Below the pieces are notes generated by a model. That model was not told where the DNA came from, made no database searches, and worked only from the letters and a program-made list of their open reading frames with translations. Shown in pieces: positions 29,839 to 39,830 of a DNA stretch of 64,000 nucleotides. Source of the DNA: Desulfosudaceae bacterium (lineage in GTDB: Bacteria; Desulfobacterota; Desulfobacteria; Desulfobacterales; Desulfosudaceae); the NCBI GenBank assembly GCA_963674745.2, contig CAXXDV010000001.1, positions 1,056,001-1,120,000 on the forward strand, given 5' to 3'. A program made the translations under genes and the position numbers. Within the stretch, counting starts at the first letter, position 1, and every line of letters starts with the position of its first letter.

Positions 29839-30528
29839 TTAATGCTTGCGCTTTTTACCTTTTTGTCCACCTTTCTCTTTTTTTTCGCTGTCAGAAAGAA
29901 ACCTGTATGTTACAGCCGTACATTCAACGTCTATCTGTGCGGGGCCGACACCGCCGCCGCCTTTTTTGCCTTTTTTGCCGCCTCTGCCGCCGCTACTATT
30001 CATGGTCATGGATATGTTTTTGATGTTCACCACACGGTCCATTTTGGCTATTTTGTCAAAAAACATCGTTAAGCGCTCGTAAGGCCCGCTGATCGAGATG
30101 GCAACCGGAATCTCCGCGTAAAAGTCCCGTGCAATTTCTCCCTGTGGCGCGAACCGGTTAAAAACCAACCCGGAATTCCGCCCGGCTGCAGAAATATCCC
30201 CCAGAAGTGCCGGAATTTCCTGTTTGTCCGGCAGTGCTGTCATAACGACCTCAAACTCTTTTTGTTTCTCAGCCCACTTTTCCTTCCAGCTGTCCAGTTC
30301 AGCCGCCTTTTTCTTTGCTTCTTTTAATTTCTTATCCGTATCGGTGATTTGTTTTTGGACTCGTCCAATTTCTTCATACTTGGGCTTAAAAGAAAAAACA
30401 ACAAACCCGGCGATTAGAAGCGCAAAGACAACTACCCCGACAATCAGTCGTTGAACCAGGCTCAGCTTTCCCACCGCTTCAAAAAGCGGCTGCATTTTCG
30501 AGCTAAAACCTTCCATGTTTTTTTTCAT
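29839..30528 (-). CDS. pilO: Type IV pilus assembly protein
   Basis: TM + coiled coil, LPDKQEIPALL, FYAEIPVAISISGPY. Confidence 0.93.
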   Translation of the reverse strand: MKKNMEGFSSKMQPLFEAVGKLSLVQRLIVGVVVFALLIAGFVVFSFKPKYEEIGRVQKQITDTDKKLKEAKKKAAELDSWKEKWAEKQKEFEVVMTALPDKQEIPALLGDISAAGRNSGLVFNRFAPQGEIARDFYAEIPVAISISGPYERLTMFFDKIAKMDRVVNIKNISMTMNSSGGRGGKKGKKGGGGVGPAQIDVECTAVTYRFLSDSEKKEKGGQKGKKRKH

Positions 30529-30544
30529 ATGAATATCCCGTATC

Positions 30545-31087
30545 TTATGACGACTTTGTACATATCAGGTTGAATTTTTTGAGTTGTAAGCCCGACTCCA
30601 CTACAAGCACCACGTCTTTTAACACCGCCGTTGAAAAGTATTCGCTGCTTTCAACTTTTGCCATAAAAACAGCCACCGTTTTATTATCCACGGCGATACC
30701 ATTAAAATTAATGCCGTTACCTTTTTCTGAGATATCGGTGATCCACATTCTTCCCCTGATCGTCAATGAGACAAGGGCTTTCATCAGATTAACCTTATCC
30801 ATTCGATTCTTGTTCAATGTTTCCATTACATCCAGCTTTTTCTCAAGCGTGGCCAGCTGAGCCTTGATCGCATCAACTTCCTTGGCTTTTGCCTCGTAGG
30901 TCTTTAATTCGCTCTGTTTGGCTGAAAGGATATGCTCCAACCTCTGGAGCTTTTTTGCCAAACTAATGTGGTAAACACCCAGAGCCAGTGCAACAAAGGT
31001 AAAAAAGAGTATAAAAACAGATATTTGTCTCCGGATGTTTTCTTTTTTTCGTGCCGCGCGATAGGGAAGAAGGTTGGTTTTAATCAT
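30545..31087 (-). CDS. pilN: Type IV pilus assembly protein
   Basis: MIKTNLLPYR (variant INLLP motif), TM, coiled coil. Confidence 0.93.
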   Translation of the reverse strand: MIKTNLLPYRAARKKENIRRQISVFILFFTFVALALGVYHISLAKKLQRLEHILSAKQSELKTYEAKAKEVDAIKAQLATLEKKLDVMETLNKNRMDKVNLMKALVSLTIRGRMWITDISEKGNGINFNGIAVDNKTVAVFMAKVESSEYFSTAVLKDVVLVVESGLQLKKFNLICTKSS

Positions 31088-32139
31088 TTGTCGCCTATCC
31101 TTCTAATAGCTGTTCCCAGGCAGATCGCGGCCTGGGGCGCCATTTGCTGTAAGTATGCCGTATCCAGTTGCCCCTCTTTTATTTCAAACGTTTTAAAGGG
31201 GTCCATCACCTCTACCGTGGAAGCTGTTTGAGAAGCCAGCAATTGTCTGAATTCTGCAATATTTGCCCCACCACCACTTAAATATATGGTTTTAATATCT
31301 TCTTCAGAATAGGTGGAATAAAAGAAGTCCAGCGCCCGCCTGATTTCTGTTATCCAGTCATTAACGACAGAACTAACGATATTATTCAAATCCTCAGCCG
31401 GTATTTTCTCCTGCTTGTCGCTCAGCTTAAGCTCTTCGGCTTCTTCAAACGTACAATCCAGCCTTGAAATTAAGTGCTGATTGATCTGCTTGCAGCCGAA
31501 CGACACATCACGCATAAAAACAGAGGTGCTGCCCTTTAAAACATTAAGAGATGTTTTTGTGGCCCCGATGTCAATCAGCGCGACACAGTTATCGGCTGTC
31601 TCATAATTGATTTCATAAATGTTCTGAAGGGCAAAGGCGTCCACATCAACGATTACCGGTACAAGACCCGCCATTTCAAGAACATTCAGATAGTCGTTAA
31701 CGGTTTCTTTTTTGGCCGCAACCAGCAGAACATCCATTTGGCTGGGGTTCTGCTCGTTATCCCCCAGAATCTGAAAGTCCAGGTTAACATTATTAATGTC
31801 AAACGGAATATACTGTTCAGCTTCGGTCGAAATGACCTCCTGAAGTTGCTCATCCGTCATGGACGACACCGTTATTTTCTTTACAATAACCGAATATCCG
31901 CCAATGGAAACAGCCACCCGCTCCTCTTTGATACTGTAATGAGATAACAGATCTTTTATTGTTTCAGCCACTGTTTCAGGGGACTTGATCCCTTCTTCAA
32001 CAATAGCATCCGGGGGTAATTCCATGGAACCGAAGCGTATCAGCTTTCTTCCCGAGGAGGTTACCGCCACTTCTGCCGCCTTTAAAACGCTGGATCCTAT
32101 ATCCAGTCCGATCAGATGATCATTTTTCTTAAAAAACAT
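31084..32139 (-). CDS. pilM: Type IV pilus assembly actin-like protein
   Basis: IGLDIGSS, EAEQYIPF, VLLVAAKK, VDVDAFAL, ALIDIGA, LSGGGA; start moved to ATG 32139. Confidence 0.95.
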   Translation of the reverse strand: MFFKKNDHLIGLDIGSSVLKAAEVAVTSSGRKLIRFGSMELPPDAIVEEGIKSPETVAETIKDLLSHYSIKEERVAVSIGGYSVIVKKITVSSMTDEQLQEVISTEAEQYIPFDINNVNLDFQILGDNEQNPSQMDVLLVAAKKETVNDYLNVLEMAGLVPVIVDVDAFALQNIYEINYETADNCVALIDIGATKTSLNVLKGSTSVFMRDVSFGCKQINQHLISRLDCTFEEAEELKLSDKQEKIPAEDLNNIVSSVVNDWITEIRRALDFFYSTYSEEDIKTIYLSGGGANIAEFRQLLASQTASTVEVMDPFKTFEIKEGQLDTAYLQQMAPQAAICLGTAIRRIGDK

Positions 32140-32149
32140 AAACGTAACC

Positions 32150-32350
32150 TCAATCAAAGACCTTATGTTTGTCAGAAAGATCAAACCCCAGCGCGCGGAG
32201 AATTTTTCGTTGTGTTTCCATGCGGCAGGCTTTACCTTCTTCAATGCGAGCTATCGTAATTGGAGAAACATCAGCTTTTCTGGCCAGCTCGGATCGGCTT
32301 AACAAAAGCGACTGTCTGATTTTATACAAGCGGCTTGTATTCTCTTTCAT
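32150..32350 (-). CDS. XRE-family helix-turn-helix regulator
   Basis: 66 aa, SRSELARKADVSPITIARIEEG; first gene of pil operon. Confidence 0.85.
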   Translation of the reverse strand: MKENTSRLYKIRQSLLLSRSELARKADVSPITIARIEEGKACRMETQRKILRALGFDLSDKHKVFD

Positions 32351-32585
32351 TTGTTCTTTTACCTGTAACGTTATATGGCATTGAGCTTTCCCCCTGGTTT
32401 TCTCATCCGTTAATTAACATTAATTATGTAACATTATAATTAAGTCAAGAAAAAAGTTTATAAATTATTATTAAATATGTACATATTGGCATCACATCCC
32501 ATGAAACAACAACATATGGTAGTTGCCTTTTTAAAAAAAATGATTATATTTTCTGATTTTTTATTAAAAAAGCCTCATTCTGCAC

Positions 32586-32618
32586 AAAAAAAGGGGGCTG
32601 ATAACAGCCCCCTTTTTT
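32586..32618. terminator. Intrinsic terminator after qmoC (A/T tracts on both sides)
   Basis: A7-GGGGGCTG-ATAA-CAGCCCCC-T6. Confidence 0.88.
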
Positions 32619-32640
32619 AACATGCCTTTTATGCTTTTTA

Positions 32641-33855
32641 CTATTTCTCTCTGCCTGAGTATTCCGCATACCCCAACGCCACGGTACGATATACCAGATG
32701 CGCCAGCTTTGAAAACGGCAGATAAGCAAAGGTGCAGAAAATAGTAATCAGGTGAATGTAGTAAATAAAATAGGTCAGTGTTTCCGCCCCTGCCATTCGC
32801 GTCAGCTCTGTAAGCATCCCTGAAGCACCCAGCGCCAGCACCAGACCAAGCAGAAACCAGTCTTTATAGGAAGAAACCTGGTCTTCCTTGCCCAGACGGT
32901 TTTTAATCATCAGAATAGCGCCGAGCACCAGGGCGATACCGGCGGCATTGGCCAGGATTTTGAACGGATTTAACCAATAATAAGGCCCGGGACTGTGCAT
33001 CAGGTACAGGGCGATGAAGCCGTATGTGGTCATGATAAACAGTCCGATGAAGCCATAAAGCACCATCATGTGGGCGGTGGAACGCTCCTTGTTTTCCGAG
33101 CACTCGGTGAACTTGTTGTGTTTGAGGATCGGCAGTATCATGGTAATGATGCCCTTGACGGTACCGATGGCAAGCTCGGAAAAGTTTTGTTTGCCCAGCT
33201 TGGAACGACCGTCGGAGACCGCCTGCTCATGGATATCGTTTAGAAAGCGATACAGGCCCCAGGCAAAAATCACCGCTACCAGGCCCGACAGGGGGACAAA
33301 CACCAGGTCCACAAACCAGGTGGAGTAAAAGTCCGCATGGGCAATGACGCCTTCGGCGTGATGATGGGCCCATTCAAATCCGATGGCGGGCAGCCTCAAA
33401 GCCTCAAATATTTTTTCCATGACCCCGCCCATTTTTGTGGTTACCAGGGCGAAAACGGCAAAAATAATCGCCGGTACGGCAATCAAAAGGGGCAGTTTTT
33501 TGGGATCATTGACTGCTTTGGCCACGGCTTTGGGCGTGGCATATTCAGAGATGGCGTAAGACCGGATCGCCCCCAGAACATCCCCGGGTTGGGCGCCCCG
33601 CGGACATTTGACGGAACAGTCACCGCACTGATGACACAGCCAGATATCCACATCTTTGACCAGTCGGTCCTTCAAACCCCAGGACGCGGCGATCATCTCT
33701 TTTCTCGGAAAAGGTTTAATGTCCGGCGAAATCGGGCACACCACCGAACAGGTGGCGCATTGAAAACATTTTTTCAGGGTATTTCCACCAAGCCCGATAA
33801 CCTCATTGATGAATCCCAGATCCGGCTCAGCAAGATAATTATCATTCATGTTCAT
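32641..33855 (-). CDS. qmoC: Qmo complex subunit C
   Basis: CFQCATCSVVCP and CHQCGDCSVKCP Fe-S motifs, multi-TM cytochrome b domain, YLPFSKLAH. Confidence 0.95.
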   Translation of the reverse strand: MNMNDNYLAEPDLGFINEVIGLGGNTLKKCFQCATCSVVCPISPDIKPFPRKEMIAASWGLKDRLVKDVDIWLCHQCGDCSVKCPRGAQPGDVLGAIRSYAISEYATPKAVAKAVNDPKKLPLLIAVPAIIFAVFALVTTKMGGVMEKIFEALRLPAIGFEWAHHHAEGVIAHADFYSTWFVDLVFVPLSGLVAVIFAWGLYRFLNDIHEQAVSDGRSKLGKQNFSELAIGTVKGIITMILPILKHNKFTECSENKERSTAHMMVLYGFIGLFIMTTYGFIALYLMHSPGPYYWLNPFKILANAAGIALVLGAILMIKNRLGKEDQVSSYKDWFLLGLVLALGASGMLTELTRMAGAETLTYFIYYIHLITIFCTFAYLPFSKLAHLVYRTVALGYAEYSGREK

Positions 33856-33898
33856 GCCTCCATTACTCTCTGCAATTTATTTTCATTGATGGCATCAA

Positions 33899-36238
33899 TT
33901 AAAAACCTTTGAATGGATTGGGACCTAATGCTTCGATCTCTTCCACAAATGAATTGATGATTTCCGGAATCTTTTGATAATCATCAATGGCCACCTCTTT
34001 CTGCGTCACGCGCTCATTTTCCAGCGCCAGGCTGGCCAGGGCCTCACCGATCTTTTTCATACGGATGCTGGCCAGCTCACTACCCTTGACAAAATGGCAC
34101 TGGTAGTCATCACCGTGCTTGCATCCCAGGAGAATGGCACCGTCCATACCCTGTGACAGGGCGTCCTTGATCCAGATCACGTTGACCGAGCCCAGGCAGC
34201 GGACCGGGATAATCCGGACGTCCGCCGAAAAAGAAAGATGGTTCATTCCGGCGATATCAATGGCCGGGTAAGCATCATTTTCACAGACCAGGGCCAGAAT
34301 CCGCATGGGCGGTTCAGAATAATCGTCTTCAGACGGCACCCAAATCGATTTGACCATATTGCCGATGCTGTTGACATTATAATCGGCGAAACCGATGATA
34401 CGCTCAGGGCAGGCCCCCATACAGGTACCGCAACGCCGGCACCGGGTGGGATTGGGTTTGGGGGTCCCTTTTTCATCGTCATCCAGGGCGCCGAAAGGGC
34501 ACTCTTCCGTACAGCGTTTACACTGCGTGCAGCGCTGAAAGAAGAAATCCGGAAACGTCATATCGCCCGAGCGGGGATGTACGGACACGCCCCGATTGGA
34601 AGACTCCAGGCACTGAATGGCTTTCAAAGCCGCGCCCGCAGCATCTTCAATGGTTTCCTCGATGGTCATGGCCCGACGAATGGTTCCGGCAGCGTAAACG
34701 CCGGTCCGCTGGGTCTCGTATGGAAAGCAGATAAAATTGGAGTCCGCGTACTGATCAAAAATATCATTGTCGCGAAAACCCGGACCCTGACGATAGGCCA
34801 GGTTAACCACCGGGTCATCCTTTGTCACCGGTACCATACCGGCGGCCAGGACGACCAGATCGGCCTTGACCTTGAGCTTTTCACCCAGCAGGGTATTGTT
34901 GGCTTCCACCATCAGCTTGTTGCCGCTCTTGCTGACACCGACCACGTCCCCCTTGGTCATGAAAATGCCCGGGTCCTGCTGCATGCTCTTGTAAAAATTT
35001 TCAGCCAGGCCGGGAGTGCGCATGTGCTGATAAAAAATATAGGCTTTCCCGTCGCTGTAATCATCGCGGACATATTTGGCCTGCTTTAAGGTGGCCATGC
35101 TGGTGACAGCACCACAATAATCAAAATCACTGTCATCTTCATCCTTGCCCGGGCTCTGAATAAAAACAACCGACTTGGCTTCTTTGCCGTCCGACGGCCG
35201 GGTAACTTTTCCTTTAGCCGCCATCTCCTCGAACTGGCTGTTGGTGATGACATCGGGGGTTTCACCGACACCCAGGTGGGCATATGCTTCGCCTTCAATC
35301 TTGGGCGAACGCCAGCCCGCTGCCAGTACAACAGCACCAAACTTTTCACCTTCGGGATCAAGCTTGAGGATATCTTCCCTGCCTTCATTATACTTCATCA
35401 AGGCTTCGAACTGCTGTTCGGCGGTCAGTTCCTTGCCGCTTTCATCCACCTTCATTTCTTCAGGCAACGGAAAAGGAACGTCAAAAGGATGTTTTTCGCC
35501 GGGATTTTTCAGTGTCACCGTGAAGTCGCCGGGTTGACCGGCAATACGGGCAACAATGGTTTCCGTTTTCACGGTAATATTGGCATCGGCCTCGATCTGC
35601 TGTTTAAGATCGGACACAACCGGCGGAATCAGGCTGTCATAGGGCTCGGCCACGGGCATCTGTTTGCGCATTTTTGCGGCAAACCCGCCAATCTCTTTTT
35701 CTTTCTCCACGATCATTACCGGATAACCGGCCTTGGCCGCGTCCAGTGCGGCTGCCATACCGGCCACACCGCCGCCGATAACCAGAATCCTATTGGTATA
35801 ATTATCCAGCGCATAGGGCTCGGGAAGTTGGATGCTCTTCATGCGGGCCATGCCCATGCGAATATAGTCATCGGCCAGCAGCTGGACCCGGTCAAAATGT
35901 TCGCCGTCATCTTTCTGGTCTTCCTCCAGGGCCGGAAATTCAGACCGGGGATGGGACCAGACCACCTGCTCTCTTAAGTTGACCCGGTCAACCAGGCAGT
36001 TTTCAAAGGAAAACACATCGAAATTAACCCGACGGGAGCATCCCGCGATGATCAGGGAATTAACGCCGTCATTGGCAATGTCATTCTTTATCAGTTCCAC
36101 ACCTTCTTTGCCGCACAAAAACGGATGCGTTTTGACAGGAAGTCCTTCTTCCTTGGGAACCGCGCACAATGCGTCGATATCCAGTGCATCCCCTATTCCG
36201 CAGCCGGTGCAGACGTATACGCCATATTTCTTATCCAT
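33899..36238 (-). CDS. qmoB: Qmo complex subunit B (HdrA-like with MvhD domain)
   Basis: GVYVCTGC, VIGGGVAG, CTQCKRCTEECP, CRRCGTCMGACP, CENDAYPA, GCKHGDDYQCHF. Confidence 0.95.
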   Translation of the reverse strand: MDKKYGVYVCTGCGIGDALDIDALCAVPKEEGLPVKTHPFLCGKEGVELIKNDIANDGVNSLIIAGCSRRVNFDVFSFENCLVDRVNLREQVVWSHPRSEFPALEEDQKDDGEHFDRVQLLADDYIRMGMARMKSIQLPEPYALDNYTNRILVIGGGVAGMAAALDAAKAGYPVMIVEKEKEIGGFAAKMRKQMPVAEPYDSLIPPVVSDLKQQIEADANITVKTETIVARIAGQPGDFTVTLKNPGEKHPFDVPFPLPEEMKVDESGKELTAEQQFEALMKYNEGREDILKLDPEGEKFGAVVLAAGWRSPKIEGEAYAHLGVGETPDVITNSQFEEMAAKGKVTRPSDGKEAKSVVFIQSPGKDEDDSDFDYCGAVTSMATLKQAKYVRDDYSDGKAYIFYQHMRTPGLAENFYKSMQQDPGIFMTKGDVVGVSKSGNKLMVEANNTLLGEKLKVKADLVVLAAGMVPVTKDDPVVNLAYRQGPGFRDNDIFDQYADSNFICFPYETQRTGVYAAGTIRRAMTIEETIEDAAGAALKAIQCLESSNRGVSVHPRSGDMTFPDFFFQRCTQCKRCTEECPFGALDDDEKGTPKPNPTRCRRCGTCMGACPERIIGFADYNVNSIGNMVKSIWVPSEDDYSEPPMRILALVCENDAYPAIDIAGMNHLSFSADVRIIPVRCLGSVNVIWIKDALSQGMDGAILLGCKHGDDYQCHFVKGSELASIRMKKIGEALASLALENERVTQKEVAIDDYQKIPEIINSFVEEIEALGPNPFKGF

Positions 36239-36250
36239 TTGGGGGACCTC

Positions 36251-37522
36251 CTACCTTTTCAGAGTTTGAATTGCTTTTAATGCCATACCGGTCGCGTTCT
36301 GGTTGCACGACACAACATCAGCCGGCTTATTGGCGCAACCGGCCGCGAACATGCCGCCCTTGGCAAAGTCATTAATGACAAACCCGTCCTCATTGAAGTT
36401 GAGATCGGCCGGAAGTTTGACATTGGCTGCGGTCGGCTGCATGCCGGTTGCCAGGACCACCATGTCAACCGTCTGCTCGGATTTTTCGCCGGTTACCGCG
36501 TTTTCAGCGACAACGGTTACCTGCCCGGAAGCTGCGTCCCTGACCTCGGCCACCTTGCCTTTGATAAAAAAGACGTTCTCGTCTTCCTTGATCTTCTTGT
36601 AGAAATTTTCATACTTGAGGCCGGGCGTCCGAAGATCGATATAAAAGATATAAATCTTGGCTTCAGGATACCGCTCGCGAATGTAGGTCGCCTGTTTGAG
36701 CGATGCCATACAGCAGATGTAAGAGCAGTAAGGCAGGTGTTTTTCGTCCCGGGATCCGGCACATTGCACAAAGGCAATTGTTTCCGGTGCCTTGTCATCC
36801 GAAGGCCGCGTAATGATGCCCTTGGTTGGGCCATTGGGCGCCGCCATCCGCTCCAGCATCATGTTCGTAATCACGTTCTGGCAGGTGCCATAACCAAGGT
36901 TGTCAATTTTAGCCGCGTCATACGGTTCCCAACCGGTGGCCCAGATAATGGCGCCGACGTTCAAATCCAGTGTTTTGGGCGTCATATCCAATTCAATCGC
37001 ATCATACTTGCAAGCCTCGACACATTTTCCGCAGGAAGTGCCTTTGCAGGTAGCGGCATCAATCGTAAACCGCATGGGAAAAGCCATGTGGGTTGTCTTA
37101 TAGACGGCTTTGGTCTTGTCCAGGCCGAAATTAAACGGATTGTTCCGCTCGACCGGACAGACATCCACACAATCTCCGCAGGCGGTACAATTTTCGTTGA
37201 TAAACCGGGGGTTCATCTGTACCGTTACGGTGTAGTTACCGGGTTGACCGTCGACCTTGACAACTTCGGACAGGGTATATGTCCTGATCCTGCGGTTGTC
37301 TTTGATGCGACGGTAGTTGATCTCCAGACCGCAACTGGGGGGACACAGCTTGGGAAAATACTGATTCAACTGTGACACTCTTCCACCCAGATAAGGCTCC
37401 TTTTCAATCAAAAAGACCTCATACCCCACCTCGGCGGCCTCAAGGGCGGCAGTCAAACCGCTGATTCCCCCGCCGACTACCATTATGCTTCCGCTGGTAG
37501 GGGTTGATTTATCTGTCGTCAT
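36251..37522 (-). CDS. qmoA: Qmo complex subunit A (HdrA-like)
   Basis: VVGGGISG, YFPKLCPPSCG, VQCAGSRD, YCSYICCMASLKQ. Confidence 0.95.
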   Translation of the reverse strand: MTTDKSTPTSGSIMVVGGGISGLTAALEAAEVGYEVFLIEKEPYLGGRVSQLNQYFPKLCPPSCGLEINYRRIKDNRRIRTYTLSEVVKVDGQPGNYTVTVQMNPRFINENCTACGDCVDVCPVERNNPFNFGLDKTKAVYKTTHMAFPMRFTIDAATCKGTSCGKCVEACKYDAIELDMTPKTLDLNVGAIIWATGWEPYDAAKIDNLGYGTCQNVITNMMLERMAAPNGPTKGIITRPSDDKAPETIAFVQCAGSRDEKHLPYCSYICCMASLKQATYIRERYPEAKIYIFYIDLRTPGLKYENFYKKIKEDENVFFIKGKVAEVRDAASGQVTVVAENAVTGEKSEQTVDMVVLATGMQPTAANVKLPADLNFNEDGFVINDFAKGGMFAAGCANKPADVVSCNQNATGMALKAIQTLKR

Positions 37523-37723
37523 ACCATCCCTCCGTGTTTCAAGTTAATGTTTTTATTTTTCGGGTATTGACTTTCTACTTGATGATGTAACCGGTTATCC
37601 ACCGGGTTTTACGAATCTGACGCGTGCACCTCTGGCTTTGGCTTTATGCCGGAGGTAAACCCGTCACATGCGTAAAACCCGGATTACCACGGATCCGGTC
37701 CGCTGATACAAAAGTGCTGCTTA

Positions 37724-37761
37724 ACAAAAACCTCCAGGCGGCAAGCGCCTGGAGGTTTTGT
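37724..37761 (-). terminator. Intrinsic terminator between aprA and qmoA
   Basis: AAAACCTCCAGGCG-N5-CGCCTGGAGGTTTT hairpin with T-tract on minus strand. Confidence 0.8.
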
Positions 37762-37788
37762 CGCCGATCAATCAATTAAACCGGTCAA

Positions 37789-39768
37789 TTAGGCATCCGG
37801 AATAATTTTTACGTAATCCACTTTCTTCAAAGACCACTGGTTAGTGGCTTTGTCATAAGTAGAGTTGGTGAAACAGAACCAGTTGGCATCATCCTGTCCC
37901 GGATGATCCGCATTGTAGTAGAAGCCCGGGTAACGGGTTTCTTTACGGAACTGGATGTGACGGCAATGGGCTTCAACCGTATAAATACGGTGATAGATTT
38001 CCCAGGCCCGCATCAGTTCGTGCAGATCGCCGGCAGCCAGCTTTTCACAGTCTTCACGCATGGTCTCGAACAGTTCCATGAGGATTTCCAGGTTCTTCTC
38101 GCTGGTCATGTAGTAAGTCGCCGTTCCAGCACCATACTCATGGGTGGCTTTCATCAACCGGTACATCATGCCTTCCGGTTTCATGTAGTTGGGGTTGACG
38201 TCGTCAGCGGTGGTGTAAGCGCAGTTGTCCAGATAAACGCGGACCGGTTTGTAAACCATGTCTACCAGTTCTTCTTTGCTTTCTTTCAGGGTCGGGGTGA
38301 AGTCCGCGTTGTCACGAACATACTTGGCCATTTCTTTGGCAGCCATACGACCTTCGGCATGAGAACCGGAGGAGAACTTATGACCGGAACAGGCCACGCC
38401 GTCACCGGCGGTAAACAAGCCGTCAACCGTGGTCATACGGTTGTAGACTTTACCGCTCTTGGCTTTGATTTTGTAGCTGTCAGGTACCCAGTCAAAATCC
38501 GGGCCGGAGGTCCAGATACCGCAGCAGCCGGAGTGTGAACCCAGCAGATACGGTTCGGTCGGCATAACTTCGGAGTTCTTCTTCTCCGGTTCACAGTTCT
38601 GAGCGCACCACAGATTGGCCTGGCCACAGGTCATATCCAGGAAGTCTTCCCAGGCTTCGGACTCAAGGTGCTTGAGTTCTTTCTTGTCCATGGTTTTTCC
38701 CAGCTCGGCCAACGCGGTAACCGTATCCATCATGATCGGACCGCGGCCTGCCTTCATTTCAAACAGCATGAGGTGGTTACGCAGACAGGTCGGCGTAATG
38801 GCAGCCGTGCCGTAGGGAGCATAATTTTGCAGTTCGGCCTTGGCGGCGTCGCTGGCGGCAAAATTCTCGCCCAGACCGTTTAAGGCTTTGGCCTTGAACA
38901 GCAGGAACCAGGCACCGACAGGACCGTAACCGTCTTTAAAACGGGCCGGGGTGAAACGGTTTTCCATCATGGACAGTTCGGCACCGGCTCTGACGGCCAT
39001 GGTGTAGGTGGAACCGGAGTTCCATACCGGATACCAGGCACGGCCTTTACCTTCACCGACTGACCGGGGCTGGTAAATATTGACAGCACCGCCACAGGCG
39101 ACCATACATGTTTTGCATTTAATGATGTAGACTTTGTTCTCACGGACGGAGAAACCAACGGCACCGGCGATTCTTCCCGGATCATTGGCGTCGTTCAGCA
39201 GTTCGACGATGAAAACTCTTTCCAGAATGTTATCTTCGCCCAGGGCCAGCTTGGCCGCTTCGGCGACGACTCTTTTGTAAGACTCACCGTTGATCATGAT
39301 CTGCCATTTACCGGTACGAACCGGTTTGGCCCCGGATTTCAGGGTGCCCATGGACTGGCCTTTTTTACCGTCCATATTTTTGCCTTCCGCGGACAGTTTC
39401 CAGACCGGCAGTCCCCACTCTTCGAACAGGTGGACGGAATCGTCAACGTGACAGCCCAGATCAAAAATCAGGTCTTCACGGACAATACCCATCAGGTCGT
39501 TTCTGACCATGCGGACATAGTCTTCCGGTGCGTTTTCGCCGATGTAAGTGTTAATAGCGGACAAGCCCTGAGCAACCGCGCCACTTCTCTCCATGGCGGC
39601 CTTGTCGCACAGAAGGACCTTCTTGTCGCCAGCCCATTTTTTAATCTCAAAAGCCGTACCGCAGGCAGCCATACCACCGCCGACGATCAGAATATCGACT
39701 TCGCGCTCATCAACTTCAGGATCTCTTACAGCCTTCAGTTCACCTTTTGGTTTATTCGGTAATGCCAT
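37789..39768 (-). CDS. aprA: Adenylylsulfate reductase alpha subunit
   Basis: ERSGAVAQGLSAINTY, WQIMINGESYK, GRAWYPVWN, RFKDGYGPVGAWFL, MPTEPYLLGSH, GHKFSSGSHAEGR. Confidence 0.98.
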   Translation of the reverse strand: MALPNKPKGELKAVRDPEVDEREVDILIVGGGMAACGTAFEIKKWAGDKKVLLCDKAAMERSGAVAQGLSAINTYIGENAPEDYVRMVRNDLMGIVREDLIFDLGCHVDDSVHLFEEWGLPVWKLSAEGKNMDGKKGQSMGTLKSGAKPVRTGKWQIMINGESYKRVVAEAAKLALGEDNILERVFIVELLNDANDPGRIAGAVGFSVRENKVYIIKCKTCMVACGGAVNIYQPRSVGEGKGRAWYPVWNSGSTYTMAVRAGAELSMMENRFTPARFKDGYGPVGAWFLLFKAKALNGLGENFAASDAAKAELQNYAPYGTAAITPTCLRNHLMLFEMKAGRGPIMMDTVTALAELGKTMDKKELKHLESEAWEDFLDMTCGQANLWCAQNCEPEKKNSEVMPTEPYLLGSHSGCCGIWTSGPDFDWVPDSYKIKAKSGKVYNRMTTVDGLFTAGDGVACSGHKFSSGSHAEGRMAAKEMAKYVRDNADFTPTLKESKEELVDMVYKPVRVYLDNCAYTTADDVNPNYMKPEGMMYRLMKATHEYGAGTATYYMTSEKNLEILMELFETMREDCEKLAAGDLHELMRAWEIYHRIYTVEAHCRHIQFRKETRYPGFYYNADHPGQDDANWFCFTNSTYDKATNQWSLKKVDYVKIIPDA

Positions 39769-39830
39769 ACTTATATCCTCCTAAAATATACGATATTTAT
39801 TTTCAGATCCGCTTTGGTGAAACAATCCAG

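Noticed and set aside
32140..32244. N-terminal extension of PilM in ORF track
   Set aside because: Overlaps the XRE gene; PilM homology starts at MFFKK (32139)
34238..35977. Long plus-strand ORFs antisense to qmoB
   Set aside because: Typical antisense open frames of codon-biased genes; no recognisable motifs
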